This document shows, piece after piece, positions 63,437 to 64,000 of a stretch of DNA of 64,000 bases. The translations under genes and the position numbers were made by a program. Source of the DNA: Alphaproteobacteria bacterium. GTDB lineage: Bacteria > Pseudomonadota > Alphaproteobacteria > GCA-2746255. The notes under the pieces were generated by a model. The model had not been told where the DNA came from. It worked only from the letters and a program-made list of their open reading frames with translations, and searched no databases. The DNA lies in NCBI GenBank assembly GCA_965249135.1, contig OZ252220.1:1920001-1984000 (forward strand), read 5' to 3'. The first letter of the stretch is position 1. Every line of letters begins with the position of its first letter.

Positions 63437-63825
63437 GTAAACTGTTTTCCGTTTCCGAACTGGCCTGTGAAGTCCAAGTCACCCCACGTACGATCCGATT
63501 TTACGAATCCAAGGGCCTCCTGAATCCCCAACGAGCGGGCCGACACCGGGTCTTCACCCATCGCGATCTGGCACGACTCAAAATCATCCTGCGAGGCAAG
63601 CGTCTTGGCTTTAGCCTAGCCGACATCAAGGCATATCTCGACCTTTATGACATCGATCCGACCCATGCAAGCCAGGTTCGGATGCTGCGCGAAAGGGTGC
63701 GCGAACGAATCATCGAATTGGAAGGACGGCGTTCCGATCTGGAGGATGTGCTCCGTGAATTGAAGAATATCGAGCAGCAGGCCAACGAGGCCCTGCATAG
63801 CAAGCAAGCCGTGGGAGGAGCCTGA
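63433..63825 (+). CDS. MerR family regulator (LiuR-like)
   Basis: VTPRTIRFYESKGLL, LILRGKRLGFSL pattern. Confidence 0.85.
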   Translation: MSKLFSVSELACEVQVTPRTIRFYESKGLLNPQRAGRHRVFTHRDLARLKIILRGKRLGFSLADIKAYLDLYDIDPTHASQVRMLRERVRERIIELEGRRSDLEDVLRELKNIEQQANEALHSKQAVGGA

Positions 63826-63871
63826 CGGCTGGAGTTGAAAGGTGCGCGATTAAGCCGATGAGGAAAACGCC

Positions 63872-64000
63872 ATGAAGAACGTAGTCATCGCTGGATATGC
63901 GAGATCTCCCTTTGCCTTCGCGAACAAGGGCGAGTTGATCAAGGTTCGACCGGACGATCTGGCTGCCCAGGTGGTCAAGGGATTGATCGAAAAAACCGGG
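63872..64000 (+). CDS. Thiolase, 5' part (truncated by window edge)
   Basis: MKNVVIAGYARSPF..ANKGEL..VRPDDLAA; AGGA RBS. Confidence 0.8.
   Translation, partial: MKNVVIAGYARSPFAFANKGELIKVRPDDLAAQVVKGLIEKTG

Overview
Chromosomal window from an alphaproteobacterium, probably Rhodospirillales-like. This is inferred from a two-piece permuted tmRNA, class I LysRS, the phaR/phaA/phaB block, the metX/hisC/tyrC block and mreBCD-mrdA-rodA. About 9.3-57.8 kb is housekeeping. The most interesting part is 1-9.2 kb: a compact T7/BPP-1-like podoviral virion cluster (portal, scaffold, a short 272-aa capsid, tail tubes A/B, one internal protein, tail fibre). It abuts lysS with no integrase, att site, replication, lysis or terminase gene on the visible side. 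It is linked to a divergent XRE-S24 repressor that resembles RogA, the Caulobacter GTA repressor. Three AGGA-N6-TCCT palindromes occur here, two covering sigma70 -10 boxes in identical register, and a terminator lies in the leader of the structural operon. I interpret this as a candidate domesticated podovirus-derived gene transfer agent (or other host-controlled particle); this is inference and untested. A second accessory spot (57.8-59.2 kb, after tRNA-Lys) has hicAB, a tRNA-Val 3' half (att scar) and three copies of a 27-bp motif. Product calls come from motif recognition by eye; no database searches were run.
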